Made by a program: the position numbers and the translations under genes. A stretch of DNA of 64,000 nt from a virus. Where the stretch lies: positions 32,001-96,000 of IMG/VR virus record IMGVR_UViG_3300035182_000466. One strand, given 5' to 3'. This document shows, one piece after another, positions 1 to 13,100 of this stretch. Each line of letters begins with the position of its first letter. Positions within the stretch are counted from its first letter, which is position 1. The notes beneath the pieces are model-generated. The model searched no databases and was not told where the DNA came from. It worked only from the letters and a program-made list of their open reading frames with translations.

Positions 1-1
1 T

Positions 2-994
2 GGTATCTATGTATTTAATACTGCTTCTACTCCTTTAGTCCGTTCAACTGATGCGGATAACGCTGATGGCGAAGCTGATTTCACTTGTGGATTATTCACC
101 TTCGTTGAGAGTGGTACTTATGCTGGTGTTGGCTTCACTTGTACTACTCCAGACAGTACACAAATTGGTGGTGTTGCAGCTATTAACTTAGGTAAAGATG
201 CAATTAATTTCACACAATTCTCTGCAGCTGGATCTTACAGCGCAGGTACTGGACTTGAAATCAATGGTCAAGAAATCTCCATAGCTGCTACTGGTGTAGC
301 TACTGGAACCTATACTCAAGTAACTGTGAACAAGCAAGGTCAAGTAACTGCTGCTAGTAGCCCAACTACATTAGCTGCTTATGGTATTACTGATGCAGCC
401 TCTCAGTCTGCTTTAGATGCAGAGACCTCAGCTCGTACTGCTGCTGATACTGCAATCCAAACTACCGTGACTAATGAAGTAACGGCTAGAGCAGCTGCCG
501 ATGCAACATTACAAGCTGCAATTAATGCAGAGGCTACTGCTCGTACTTCAGCAGACACTACCCTACAGGCTAATATTAATGCAGAAGCATCTACACGTGC
601 TGCTGCTGATGCAACTTTAACTACTAACTTAGCTGCAGAGACATCAGCTCGTCAAGCTGCTGATACCACTCTTCAAGCTAATATTGATGCTGAAGTTACA
701 GCACGTATTGCAGCCATTTCAGCAATCACCAATACAACTGGCTCAAACCTGACTGCAGAGACATCAGCTCGTCAAGCTGCTGATACCACTCTTCAAGCTA
801 ATATTGATGCTGAAGTTACAGCACGTCAAGCTGCTGATGCTGCCTTACAAAGTTCTAAGGCAGCATTAGCTGGTAGTCCTACTCAAGTTTTTTCTGTTGC
901 TAATCCAGTTTCAGGAACAAATGCACTTAACTTAGATTTTGCAGATGCACGTTATGTCAACGTTGATGAAGTTGTAGACTTAGGTACATTCTAA
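2..994 (+). CDS. Fibre/appendage protein, 5'-truncated (paralogue of 17210..18511 plus coiled-coil repeats)
   Basis: The frame of ORF 326..994 is open back to position 2 (GIYVFNTASTPLVRSTDAD...GLFTFVESG...INFTQF), matching ENGIYV...RSND...VFVETG...WTQF in 17210..18511. It has 18-residue E..AR.AAD..LQ..I repeats and ends in DLGTF. Confidence 0.8.
   Translation, partial: GIYVFNTASTPLVRSTDADNADGEADFTCGLFTFVESGTYAGVGFTCTTPDSTQIGGVAAINLGKDAINFTQFSAAGSYSAGTGLEINGQEISIAATGVATGTYTQVTVNKQGQVTAASSPTTLAAYGITDAASQSALDAETSARTAADTAIQTTVTNEVTARAAADATLQAAINAEATARTSADTTLQANINAEASTRAAADATLTTNLAAETSARQAADTTLQANIDAEVTARIAAISAITNTTGSNLTAETSARQAADTTLQANIDAEVTARQAADAALQSSKAALAGSPTQVFSVANPVSGTNALNLDFADARYVNVDEVVDLGTF
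633..826 (+). repeat. Exact 74-bp direct repeat (633-706 and 753-826) within the coiled-coil coding region
   Basis: ctgcagagacatcagctcgtcaagctgctgataccactcttcaagctaatattgatgctgaagttacagcacgt occurs twice, 120 bp apart, in frame. Confidence 0.9.
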
Positions 995-1016
995 TAAAAT
1001 AATTAAAGTTATACCA

Positions 1017-1047
1017 TAGGAGTGTGGATAATAAATCCACACTCCTA
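1017..1047 (+). terminator. Intergenic hairpin, probable terminator or processing site
   Basis: Perfect 13-bp stem TAGGAGTGTGGAT / ATCCACACTCCTA with a 5-nt loop just after the stop at 994; weak U tail. Confidence 0.6.
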
Positions 1048-1131
1048 CCTTATATTAAAAATAAAGACTTTGTTCTATTACATAATTTAATAATATAAAA
1101 GGTTATTCATATCTCATAAAGGAGAATCTAT

Positions 1132-4100
1132 ATGAAGCTTTTGATAAAACGAGGGCTAGATACAACTCGCCAATTAATAACGTTTGATGAAGGTGAGTTA
1201 ATTCTGGCTACCGACACTGGGCAATTATTTATAGGTGATGGTAAAACCGCAGGTGGTATTAAAATCAGTCCAAGTCTAAAAGGCTTATGGTCTGAAAAAA
1301 CGTTTGCAGTTAACGATATTGTAAGTAACAATGGAAGTTCATACTTCTGTAAAGTTGCACATACTGGTACTTCATTAACTGAACCTGGACTAGGAGCAAA
1401 TTGGGATCAATATTGGCAATTAATGTCAGAAAAAGGTGAAATTGGAATACAGGTTAAAGGTGATTGGGATGCAACTCAATCCTACAGTGTTGGTGATTTT
1501 GTATCTTACTTAGGATCTGCATGGGTCTGCAAAACTCCATGTGTAAATGTTGTTCCAGAAAATGGCACATATTGGATTTTAGCTTCAGAAAAAGGTGATC
1601 GTGGATTATATCCTGAAGGCATTTGGAGCAACGCTACCAATTATAAAAAAGATAGCATTGTAGTTTATAATGGTGAAGTATTCAGAAGTCTGGTAGACAA
1701 TAATAAAAATTCAGTACCTGATAAAAATGCCCAAAATTGGGAGAAGTTTGTAAGTAAAGGTTATACACATAAAGGCGAATACCAAGTAGCAACATCTTAT
1801 ACTAATGATGATATTGTTTTTTATAGTGGTAGCACTTGGAGATGTATTTCTGAAACTACAGAGGCTCCAGATACAACTAGTTCCAGTTGGGAACTAGTCG
1901 CAGGAGGTATAGTAGTAAGAGGTAAATGGAGTAACGCTTCTAATTATCAGAAAAATGATATAGTAGAACATGCAGGATCAACTTGGAGATCAAACTCTGT
2001 AAACGTAACTAGTGAGCCATCTTTGAATAATACTGACTGGGAATTAGTTTCCGGCGGTATAGTAGCTAAAGGGGAATGGCAAGATTCCATAGAGTATGAC
2101 ATAAATGATATTGTAGCTTATTCAAGCTCCACTTGGAGAGCAAAAGTAAAAACTACAAGTAAACCATCTAAGAGTAATGTAGACTGGGAGCTATTATCAG
2201 GTGGTTTAAGTATTAAAGGTGATTGGGATAAAAACATTAGTTATAAACTTAACGATTTAGTTTACCATAAAGGTTCATCTTACTTAAATAATCAGGATGT
2301 AAACTTAGGTAATGAACCATCAATTACAGACTCGACTTGGAGTGTTTTAGGAAAGCGTGGTCTATACCATAGAGGAGCATGGTCTAATGCTACACAGTAT
2401 TATGCAGGTGATGCAGTTTCTTATCATGGTGAATCTTGGTATGCCTTAAGTGATAGTTTAAATATTACTCCTGCAGAAGGACTGACATGGACTTTATTAA
2501 GTTCTAAAGGTACTATTTTTAAAGGTCAATGGGTATTAACTTCTGAGTATAAAGTAGATGATTTAGTTACTCATAATGGTAGCATGTGGATTTCATTAGT
2601 TGATTCTACTAATAGTGAACCTAGTTTAACAAATACTGATTGGTTACTTGTAGCATCTAAAGGTGATAAGGGTATACAACCAATTGGTCAATGGTCTAAT
2701 TCAACTAATTATGTTGTTGGTGATTTTGTAAACTACCTTGGTTCTGGTTATATATCTAAAGGAAATACACCTTCTGGTACACTACCTACAGAAGAATCAT
2801 TTTGGGCAAAAGTTGTAGATAAAGGTGACAAAGGAGTTTATCCTCAAGGTCAATGGTCTAAATCAAAGACCTACAAAATGGATGATATAGTTGTTTATAA
2901 CGGTCAAGTATTTAGAAGTCTAATTGACAATAATCTAAATATTATTCCTGTTGGTGATAGCACTTGGGAACTATTCTTATACAAAGGTTATACTAATAAA
3001 GGTGTATGGAATAATAGCTCTGTTTATCAGGTAGATGATTTAGTTGTATATGCTAGTTCTTTATGGAGAGCGATAACTTCAGGCTCTAATAACAATCCAG
3101 CTATAACTAAAGATACTAACTGGGAACTAGTCGCAGGAGGTATTACACTTCGTAACGCTTGGGATTCTAATACTGCGTATAAGATAAATGATATAGTAAC
3201 ATACTCAAATTCTACATGGCTATCTAAAACTGAAAACACAAATTCTGAACCAACCACTTCAAGTAGTGATTGGGAAGTGATGACTTCAGGTGTATCGTTT
3301 GCAGGTACGTGGGCTTCTACTAGTAAGTTTAATAAGAATGATATAGTTCTTTATAAAGGTAATTCTTATATAAGCCTTATTTCAAATAACTTGAATAATG
3401 AGCCTTCAGATTTATCATCATACTGGAGTTTAGTAGCTAAGAAAGGTATTGTTGCACGTGGTGCATGGTCTAATATTACACAATACTATGCAGGAGATGT
3501 TGTCCATTATTTAGGTAACTCATGGTATGCTTTAAATGATAGTTTAAATGTTATTCCCGTAGAAGGAATTACTTGGACTTTATTAGCCTCTAAAGGTATG
3601 TCAGTTAAAGGTCAATGGCTATCAGGTACTTCCTATCTTAAAGATGATGTGGTCTTTGAAGATGGCAGCTCATGGTTAGCATTAGCAGATAATACTAATT
3701 CAAGACCAGTGACTGGTAACTCAAACTGGACATTGATTACACAAAAGGGTGATAAAGGTATTCAAGTAAAAGGTGATTGGAATGAAACAGTCACTTATGA
3801 GTTAGGCGATTTAGTTTACTATAATGGAAGTGGCTACGTGGCTAAAGGATCTGTAGCTGCAAATGTTGTTCCTACTGATTCAGAGAATTGGTCAAAGATA
3901 GTATCTAAAGGTGATAAAGGTGACCCAGGTAAAAACTTTACAATAGCTAAAGTTTATGCTTCTTCTTTAGATCTACACTCGGATGTAACACCTAGTAATA
4001 TTGAACCTGGAGAGTTTGCAATAATAAATACTGGTAACGTGGAAGCAGATGAAGATGCACGTTTATACTTATGGAATGGTTCTAGTTATCAGTACATAAC

Positions 4101-7100
4101 AGATATGTCAGGACTACAAGGTATTCAAGGCCCACGTGGTATGAACCATAAGGGTGATTATAATGTAAGTTATGAGTATGCTAAAGATGATGCTGTAATT
4201 TATGGTGGATCTTATTATGTATCTTTGCAAGATTCAAACCTTTCAAATTTACCAATAACTCACCCTGCTTACTGGGCCATGGTTGCATCAAAAGGTGATT
4301 ACGGGATAAAGATGAGAGGAGAATGGAATCTAAGTGATATTTACACCGTTCATGATTCTGTATCTTTTAACGGATCACATTGGATATGTATTCAAGATCA
4401 TAGTGGAATAGCTCCAGAAGAAAATGCTTACTGGACATTGTTAGTTCATAAAGGTGATGCTGGGGTACCTGGTCCTCAAGGTGCTCCAGGATTTAATTCA
4501 CTAGAAGTTCAATATGCTGGTTCACAGATTGGAAATTCCGTATCTAAAGTTGACTTTGTGGGTGGTGGTTCAAATATAAGCTACGATGCTGCAAATGCTA
4601 AAATAGTTATTGACATAGAAGGTAATACCGCAGGATCTATGTCTTGGAGTAATGGTGCGGACTTTGTACAAGGAACTAAAACAGAAAAGATAAAGATAGT
4701 TGGTGATAGCATAACTTTAGGATATGAAAATGGAGAGTATATTGAAGACTGCTATAGTTTAGTAAATGCAAATCTATCAAAAACAACTATTGTATCAGTA
4801 GGAGGCGAATTAGTATCAGGGAAAAATGGATCAAATTATTTGACGTCTTCTACATTCACTTCAGTTAATGTTCTTTCTGGAAAGTTAAATACTTTAGTTG
4901 AGTCTTTTAGTTATGTAACTACTTCTATACCAGATAGATGTGAAGCCAAACTACAATTCTCACAAGACGGAATATCTTGGGTATCTGCAAGTGGTGTAGT
5001 AAATGAGTACACAGAACTTTTAGTTGGATCTAATACATTGGATCTAACAGCATTAAATTACGTTACACCTAATTTTTATTATAAACTGACTTACTTATCA
5101 GATGGAACTGCAACACCTTCTGTTTCTGATATACGGATATCCTATAGTCCTAAAGTTTATGCTTCAACTAATCAGACATGGACTTCTAATGTCATCACAA
5201 GTAGAGACTATCGTTCAATTAAACTGACTGCCTTTAAGGCAGCTTGGAGTGTAACTGCACAAAATGTAAAACCAAGATTTAGAATAGCTGCATCTGATGT
5301 TGAAGATTTTAGTTCTGGTGTAACGTATTTTCCTTCAGCTTATTTATATTATCAAAATGGTTCTACTGCACATATAGAAAATGGAGTATGGTTAGATCTT
5401 TCAGCGGTAATTACTTCTAGTAAAAAGTATTGGAAGATAATAGCTGTATTAAACTCCGGAACAGATACTAATAATGCTCCAGTAATATCACAGTTAGACG
5501 TATCGTATTTAATTGATCCTGTTGTACCAGTAATGGGTAAAACCTTTACGTCCAAAGGTACTTGGAATATAAATACACCTTATGTAGAAAATGATTTAGT
5601 CGAATACAATGGGTCACTGTGGTATTCTGAAACTAAGAACTTAGGATCAACCCCAAGTGTTATAAGTTCTGATTGGGGACTGTTTGCTTCAAAGGGAGAT
5701 AAAGGAGATAAAGGTGATCGTGGTGACATTGGTATTCAAGGACCTCAAGGTATTGCTGGATTAATAGCTAAAGGTGAATGGTCATCAGGAACAACATATG
5801 GACCATTTGATGTAGTGCAATATGCTAACGGGATATGGAAGTCTAAGCAGACAAACAACTCTAACAACATTCCTTCACAATCGCCAGATAATTGGGAGCT
5901 TTTAGTACAAGGAATGAATGTTAAGTCTGATTGGTCTAGTGCAACATCTTATGCTAAAAATGACTTAGTTACTTATGCTAACGCAGTTTATTGTTCCTTG
6001 ATAGACCTAAATGTTAATAACGTTCCTGTTGATGGTAGTAAATGGAAACTTTTAACTCAAGGTCTTTCTGCTAAAGGTTCTTGGTCTTCTTCAACTAATT
6101 ATTATTATAATGATTTAGTTACGTACAAAGGTACTACTTACAGAAGCATTACTAATAATAACTTAAATAATACTCCACCAATAAATGCCTCCGATTCTAA
6201 TTGGGATATTTTATCAAAACGTGGATTAGCTCTTCGTGGTGTTTGGAGCTCTTTAACACAGTATTATGAAGGTGATGTTGTATCATACAATGGACAATCT
6301 TTTGCTTCTATACAAAATTCTTTAAACGTTATACCTGTTGAAGAGGAATATTGGACTCTAATCGCTAGTTCAGGATTAGCTGACAGAGGTGCTTGGGCTT
6401 CTGGATTAACTTATGAGCCTAATGATCTTGTTTTCTATGATGGTTCTACTTGGAGATGTCTAGCTCAAAATATTAACGTAGAACCTGTACAAGGTACAGA
6501 ATGGACTATATTTGCACGTCAGGGTCAAATAGGACCTCAAGGTAATATTGGACCAATTGGACCTAAAGGAGACCCTGGAACTAACATAGTACCTATGGGT
6601 ATTTGGAATGAATGGACTACCTATCCAATTGATGCATGTGTAACATATGAAGGAAGTGCTTGGAGAAGCTTAGGTACAACTACTGGTGATACTCCACAAT
6701 TAGGATCAAGTGCATGGGAAATCTTCTTAGAAGGATCAAGTGCACCAGAAAGATTATCTTCTACTCAAAATATTTGGGATAAAAGTTTAGCGTTTAATAA
6801 TCAAAATGCTATCTTTACTGATGGACTCCAGAAGCCAAGTGTTGATAATGTTATTAGATTAGCTCAAACTGGTGGAACTTTCTATGATGCCTATAGTAAC
6901 TTTAATAATATTAACGCCGCACAAAGTTCTAACTATGCGTATGATGTATTTAAAGCTGGAATAGGTATCAAAAAAGAAATAGATTATGGTACTGGAGCTG
7001 ATGGTAACATAACTATTAGTGCTAATAGCAACATAAATGTCATGATGACTAATGGACGTACTCAACCAGATGGTATCTCTTTTAACGTTACATCTTTGAC

Positions 7101-10100
7101 CTCCAATACAGCCGTCCTTAGCTCTGTACCTAACGTAGGGGCTCTTAATGTAAATGATGAAGTAATTCTTATCAACTTAATGGGTACCCCAACTAATTAC
7201 TCTAACGTAGGTAACTATGAGTTCCTTAGAGTTAAGTCTGTAAGTGGGAGTATAATTACATTTCAGACAAATAAGACAAAATTTTATGGTCAAAACTCTT
7301 TAGAAGATACAAATATTGGAATTACTCCAGGAACAAATCAAATAGTGGTTATTCAAAGAGTTCCTAACTATAATAATGTTACAATTAATAGTGGAGTAAG
7401 CTTAACCTGTAATAACTGGAATGAATTATTAGGAGGAATCATTGCTTTTAGAGTATCTGGTTCCTTATCAAACTTTGGGGTCATCACGGCAGAAGGTAAA
7501 GGGTATCTAGGAGGTGCTTTCCCAGGTAATTCTACAGGAGAAGGTCCTGGATACAAAAACTTTGGCTCAACTGGCATAACTTACAGTGCTATTGGTGGTG
7601 GTTCAGATACTAATTCATATGTTAATTTTTCATATGTTAATTCTAGAGGTGGCGGCGGCGGATATAGAACTCAAGGTATATGTTGTGCCAATTTTAATAT
7701 TAACCCAACTTCCATAGATCCTTATGGAACAACTTATGGTGATGATTATCTGATTAAGCTGTATTTTGGCTCTGGCGGCGGCATCGCTTATAATGGTTCA
7801 GCCACAGTTAATGGAGGTAATGGTGGAGGAATAGTATTTATAGGAGCAAACTCTATATCACTACTTGGATCAATACTTAGTCCAGGTACTTCAGGAAGTA
7901 CAACTTTAACAGGATACTGTGACCCCGGTGCAGGTGCAGGTGGCTCAATTCTTATTAAGACTATAAGTTTAATTACAGGTACTAATATCCTAAATACTAA
8001 AGGTGCTGCTCAACTCGATTCTGCAAACATTTGGAATGACAGTATTTTTGGTGGTTCTGGAATAGCTGCTGTTTATTATAAAAATAAATCTGGAGCAATT
8101 ACTTCTTCTGGTACTACTAAAGAGTATCCTATTTTAGAATATTCTACATCTTCAGTAGTTAGCTCAATAAATTTACTAGCCTCACCTACAACAGTAACTA
8201 ACATTAAGAAGTATAACTATACTATGTCACAATTACCAAATGGAACAACAGCTAAGATTCAATTTAGTAAGGATGGTACTTCTTGGTACAATTCTTCTGG
8301 TATTCAGAATCAATCAAATCTTATGAACACAGGCTCACGCTCTATTGATCTTACAAACTTAGGGTGGACAGGAAAGAACCTGTATACTAAGATTACTTTA
8401 ACCTCAGATGGAACTGGAACACCTATAATTCAAAATTATACTATTGAATTTGATCCAATTATCTATACTTCATCTGAGCAATCTTGGACATCAAATACTA
8501 TCAATGCTCCATTGAATCAAGAACATAGACTTAAGTATATGTCTATTATTTGGAACTATGCTGAGAATGATTTTGCAGTTAATCCTAAGTTCCAATTATT
8601 AGCATCAAATACTGGAGCATTTAGTGGAGAAGAAACTATTTTCCCTGCCGGTATTGGAACGTATTTCCAAGAAGGTGGTACCTACGATTTCCATCCAGGA
8701 GAAGAAGTAGATTTAACGCAACTAACACAAACCGGATTTAAATATTATCGTGTAAAAGCCTACCTGGTTGCTGGTGGTGATTATTCAGATACTCCTGAAA
8801 TCACTTCAATAGAAATTGGCTTAATGGGCCAACCTACTTTAAATTTAGTAAATAGAGGAAGCTGGAATAATGCAGTTAATTATAGTGTAGGAGATATTGT
8901 TACTGACAATGGTATTCTTTGGAGATGCTTAGTCAATAATACTAATAGTCAACCAACAGCTACTAATTCAAACTGGCAGTTGTATTTAACAAAAGGCCTT
9001 AGCTATAAAGGAACATACTCTGCTGCGGTTAGTTATATTCTAGATGATATTGTTGAGTATCATGGACAACTTTACAAAGCTCTAAAAACTACAACAGGTA
9101 ATACACCTGTTGAAGGATCTAATTGGACTATTTTATTAGATTCATTAAAATATGTAGGTGCTTGGAACTCTAGTACTTTGTATGCAGGTTCTGATGTTGT
9201 TACTTATCATGGACAACTCTGGAAAGCATTAGCTACATCAACAAATGTTATTCCAGTTGAAGGCGCAAATTGGACATTATTAAATAACGGTCTAAATATT
9301 ACTGGAACTTGGAACTCTGCTACTGCTTATGCTGCTAATGATATTGTTGTCTATGCAAACTCTATTTGGAAGTGTAATTCAAATAATACAAACAGTATAC
9401 CATCAGTTGACAACGTTTCTAATTGGACACTGTATGCCGGAGGATTGGCTGCTAAGAGTGAGTGGTCTTCTGTTGCTAATTATCAGATTAATGACTTAGT
9501 TACTTACTCAGGAACAACTTGGCGTTGCACTCAAGCAAATACAAATCAAACTCCTTCTGTTGGAGCTTACTGGGAAATCTTTGCGGCAAAAGGTGAGAAA
9601 GGCGATGCTTCTACTATACCTGGACCGCAAGGCATTCAAGGCATACCTGGGTTATCAGGTTCTGGATTAACCTTTAAAGGTCCTTGGGACTTTTCTGTAG
9701 AGTACTCACAGGATGATTGTGTAGAGTACCTAGGTTCTGCTTGGAGAAGTGTAGCTAATTCAAATAGTAATAACTATCCAGATTCTAGCTCCTCTTGGGA
9801 ATTATTTGTACAGGGTGCTAACAGCCCAACTCGGGTGAGTACAAATACCAAAGTTTGGAATGGAAGTTTAGCTTTCAATGCTAAAGGTACTATTTTTAGT
9901 ACTGGAATTGAAAGTCCTTCTATTGATGGAAAGTTAAAGCTTGAATATGAGTCTGGATTATTTAAAGAAAAATTTGAAAATTACTTTAAATTAGATTCAG
10001 CTATTACTTCTAACATTATTATTCGTAGTGGTCGTGTAGAAATTAAGCCAAATATTGATTATGGTACTGGATTAGATGGAAATATTATAATAAGTTCCAA

Positions 10101-13100
10101 CAGCAATATAAACACAATGATGACTAATGGTAGAACTGTTGCTGACGGCATTGCTTATAATGTTACATCTTTAACGGCTACTCAGGCTACTTGCTCTGCA
10201 ACTGTATTAGGTATTGCTGAAGGAGATGAAGTACTACTCATTAACTTACAAGGACCAAATGGTGGTTCTTATGTAAACGTAGGTAACTATGAAACCTTAA
10301 GAATTAAGTCAATAGTTAATAATATTGTTACCTTTGCCACTAATAAACAGAAGTATTATGGTAACGGAGTATCTGATGATACTAATATTGGAACTGCAAC
10401 AAGTAATCAAAGAGTTATTTTACAACGTATTCCTAACTACAATAATGTTACAATTAATTCCGGTGTTACCTTAACCTGTAATGGTTGGGATGGGCAAAAA
10501 GGCGGAATAGTAGTATTTAAATCTGCTGGAACATTAACTAATAATGGAACTATTGATGTTAGTGGTAAGGGCTATAGTGGTGGAAATGCTACTATCGGTG
10601 AAGGATTAAACGGTATTGGTGGACTTGGTGGTGGAGGATATTATACTTATGGTTATAGTAGTGGCACTTTTTCTGGTGGAGCAGGCGGTAACGTTATTGC
10701 AGGTGCAGGTGGCTACGGTGCTACTCCTGGAGGTTCATCTTATAATACCTCGCTAAATAATGAAAAATTATATTTTGGCGCAGGTGGTGGCTCTAGTAAA
10801 GGATCCTCTTATGGAAATACTGGAGTAGGTGGTTCTGGCGGAGGTATTGTACTAATATCCTCCTATGCTATTGGGGCCAGCTCTTTAATAACTGCTAAAG
10901 GTGCTGCAGGTACTGTGGGTGTATATTCAGGAATGTTTGCTCAAGGTGGTGGAGGTGCAGGTGGTACAATTCTTATTAATACACTAACTCTTACCTTAGG
11001 TACAAATAGTAGTGATGCATCTGGCTCACCTACTTATTCACAAGGTTCATATGGTAGGATCGTCTACAATTATAGTACTAAATCAGGTACTATATCTGCA
11101 GCTTCCTTATTGAAAGAAAACGTTGTAACTTTATATCCATTATCTGCTACACTTAAATCAGTAAACGTATTATCTTCTTATGCTAGTGTTACTGATATCC
11201 AGTCATTTAAGTATTATTTACCACAGCTTCCGGCTAATACTAGTGCAACAATTCAATTTAGCCAGAATGAAACTTCATGGTACTCTTCAACTGGTGTTAT
11301 TAATACAACCGACACTTTACTTAGTGGTAATAATACTATTGATTTGTCTAGTTTACTCTGGACGGGATCTAATTTATACTATAAGATAGTCTTTACTTCA
11401 GATGGGAAAGATACCCCATCTTTAGATACTATTTTAGTTAATTTTGCTCCAGTATATTATTACTCCTCTGAGCAGTATTGGGAGTCTGATAAGTTTATTG
11501 CACCTACAAACTCTGAGCATTCCTTAGCTTCATTAAAGGTAACTATTCAGAAAGCCACAAATGATGTAGCAATTACTCCCCGCTTCCAGATATTAGGTTC
11601 ACAAACTGGGGTATTCCTAGGTGAAGAAACAGTTCTTCCTTCTATTTCTACTTATTTAGAAGAAAGTTCTGCAATATCAACAAGCCCTGATTATGAATGG
11701 GACTTAACTTCAATATCTAATAAGTTTAAGTATTGGAAGGTGCGTTCTTACTTAGCTTCAGGTGGTGATTTATTAGATAGTCCTACTATTAGTAATATTC
11801 AACTTAAGCTAGTAGGAACACCTACTGTTAACTTAGTATCTAGAGGTACTTGGAATAATACAGATCAGTATTATGCTGATGATATTGTTATCTATAAGAA
11901 TAGTCTTTGGAGAGCAAAAGTAGATAACCTTAATCAGACTCCAGTTGAGGGTAGTACCTGGACATTATACTTACAAGGTATGAATAACACCGGAGTCTGG
12001 AACTCAGGTACTATTTATGATAAGAATGATATTGTTACTTTCCATGGACAAACTTGGAGAGCATTACAATTAAATTCTAATCAAGAGCCAGCAGAAAATA
12101 CTTACTGGACAATGTACGCAGGTGGACAAAACTTTGTAGGGACTTGGATAGATTCTGTAAACTACAAGGTTGCAGATATTGTAACTTATAGAGGTAATAC
12201 TTGGCGCTGTATAAGTAATCATACTTCTGTAGCAGGTACTCCTCCTATTGAAGGCGCAAACTGGACTATTTATTCAAGCGGTATAAATAATATGGGTCAG
12301 TGGAGTTCTACTACTCAGTACACCTTGAATGATGTTGTTCAATACGCAAATGGTTACTGGCGTTGTAAGACATTGCATACAAATCAAATTCCTGCTGATG
12401 GTACTTACTGGGAAAGTATCGCAAGAGGTATCTACAATCAAAAAGGAACTTGGAGTGCAGCAACTCAGTATGCAGTAGATGATGTTGTTTCTTATTCAAG
12501 TGGAGTTTGGCACTGTTTGGTAGCTAATATAAATAGTGCACCTACAAATACCAATAGTAATTGGGAGTCTATTGCTCAAGGATATACTGATAAAGGAGTA
12601 TGGAGCTCTGCATCTGCTTACTTATTTAATGATGTAGTAACTTATGGCGGGTCCAAGTATAGGTGTATCCTTGCCAATACTAACCAAGTTCCTTCTAGTG
12701 CTGATACTTACTGGCAAGTGTATATTCAAGGTCAGGACTTTAAAGGTGCATGGAGTGCAGCAACGGCATATAAGAAACAAGACATGGTTCAGTTTGGTGG
12801 ACAAGTATATATTGCATTACAAGATGGTACTAATCAGAAACCTTCAACTGCTAATACCTATTGGTCAATTTACAATAAAGGTGTAGAGTTTAAAGGTACT
12901 TGGAACAATGCAACAACCTATGAACCAGGTCAAGTAATTGTAAATGGTGGAACCGCTTGGTACTGTTTAACGACCAATGTTAATAGTGCTCCTGTCGAAG
13001 GTGCTAACTGGACATTGTATGGTCGTGGTGTAGTAGCAAAAGGTTCTTGGTCAAATTCTGCTGTTTATGCAGTAGATGATTTAGTTTCGTATGAAGGCCA

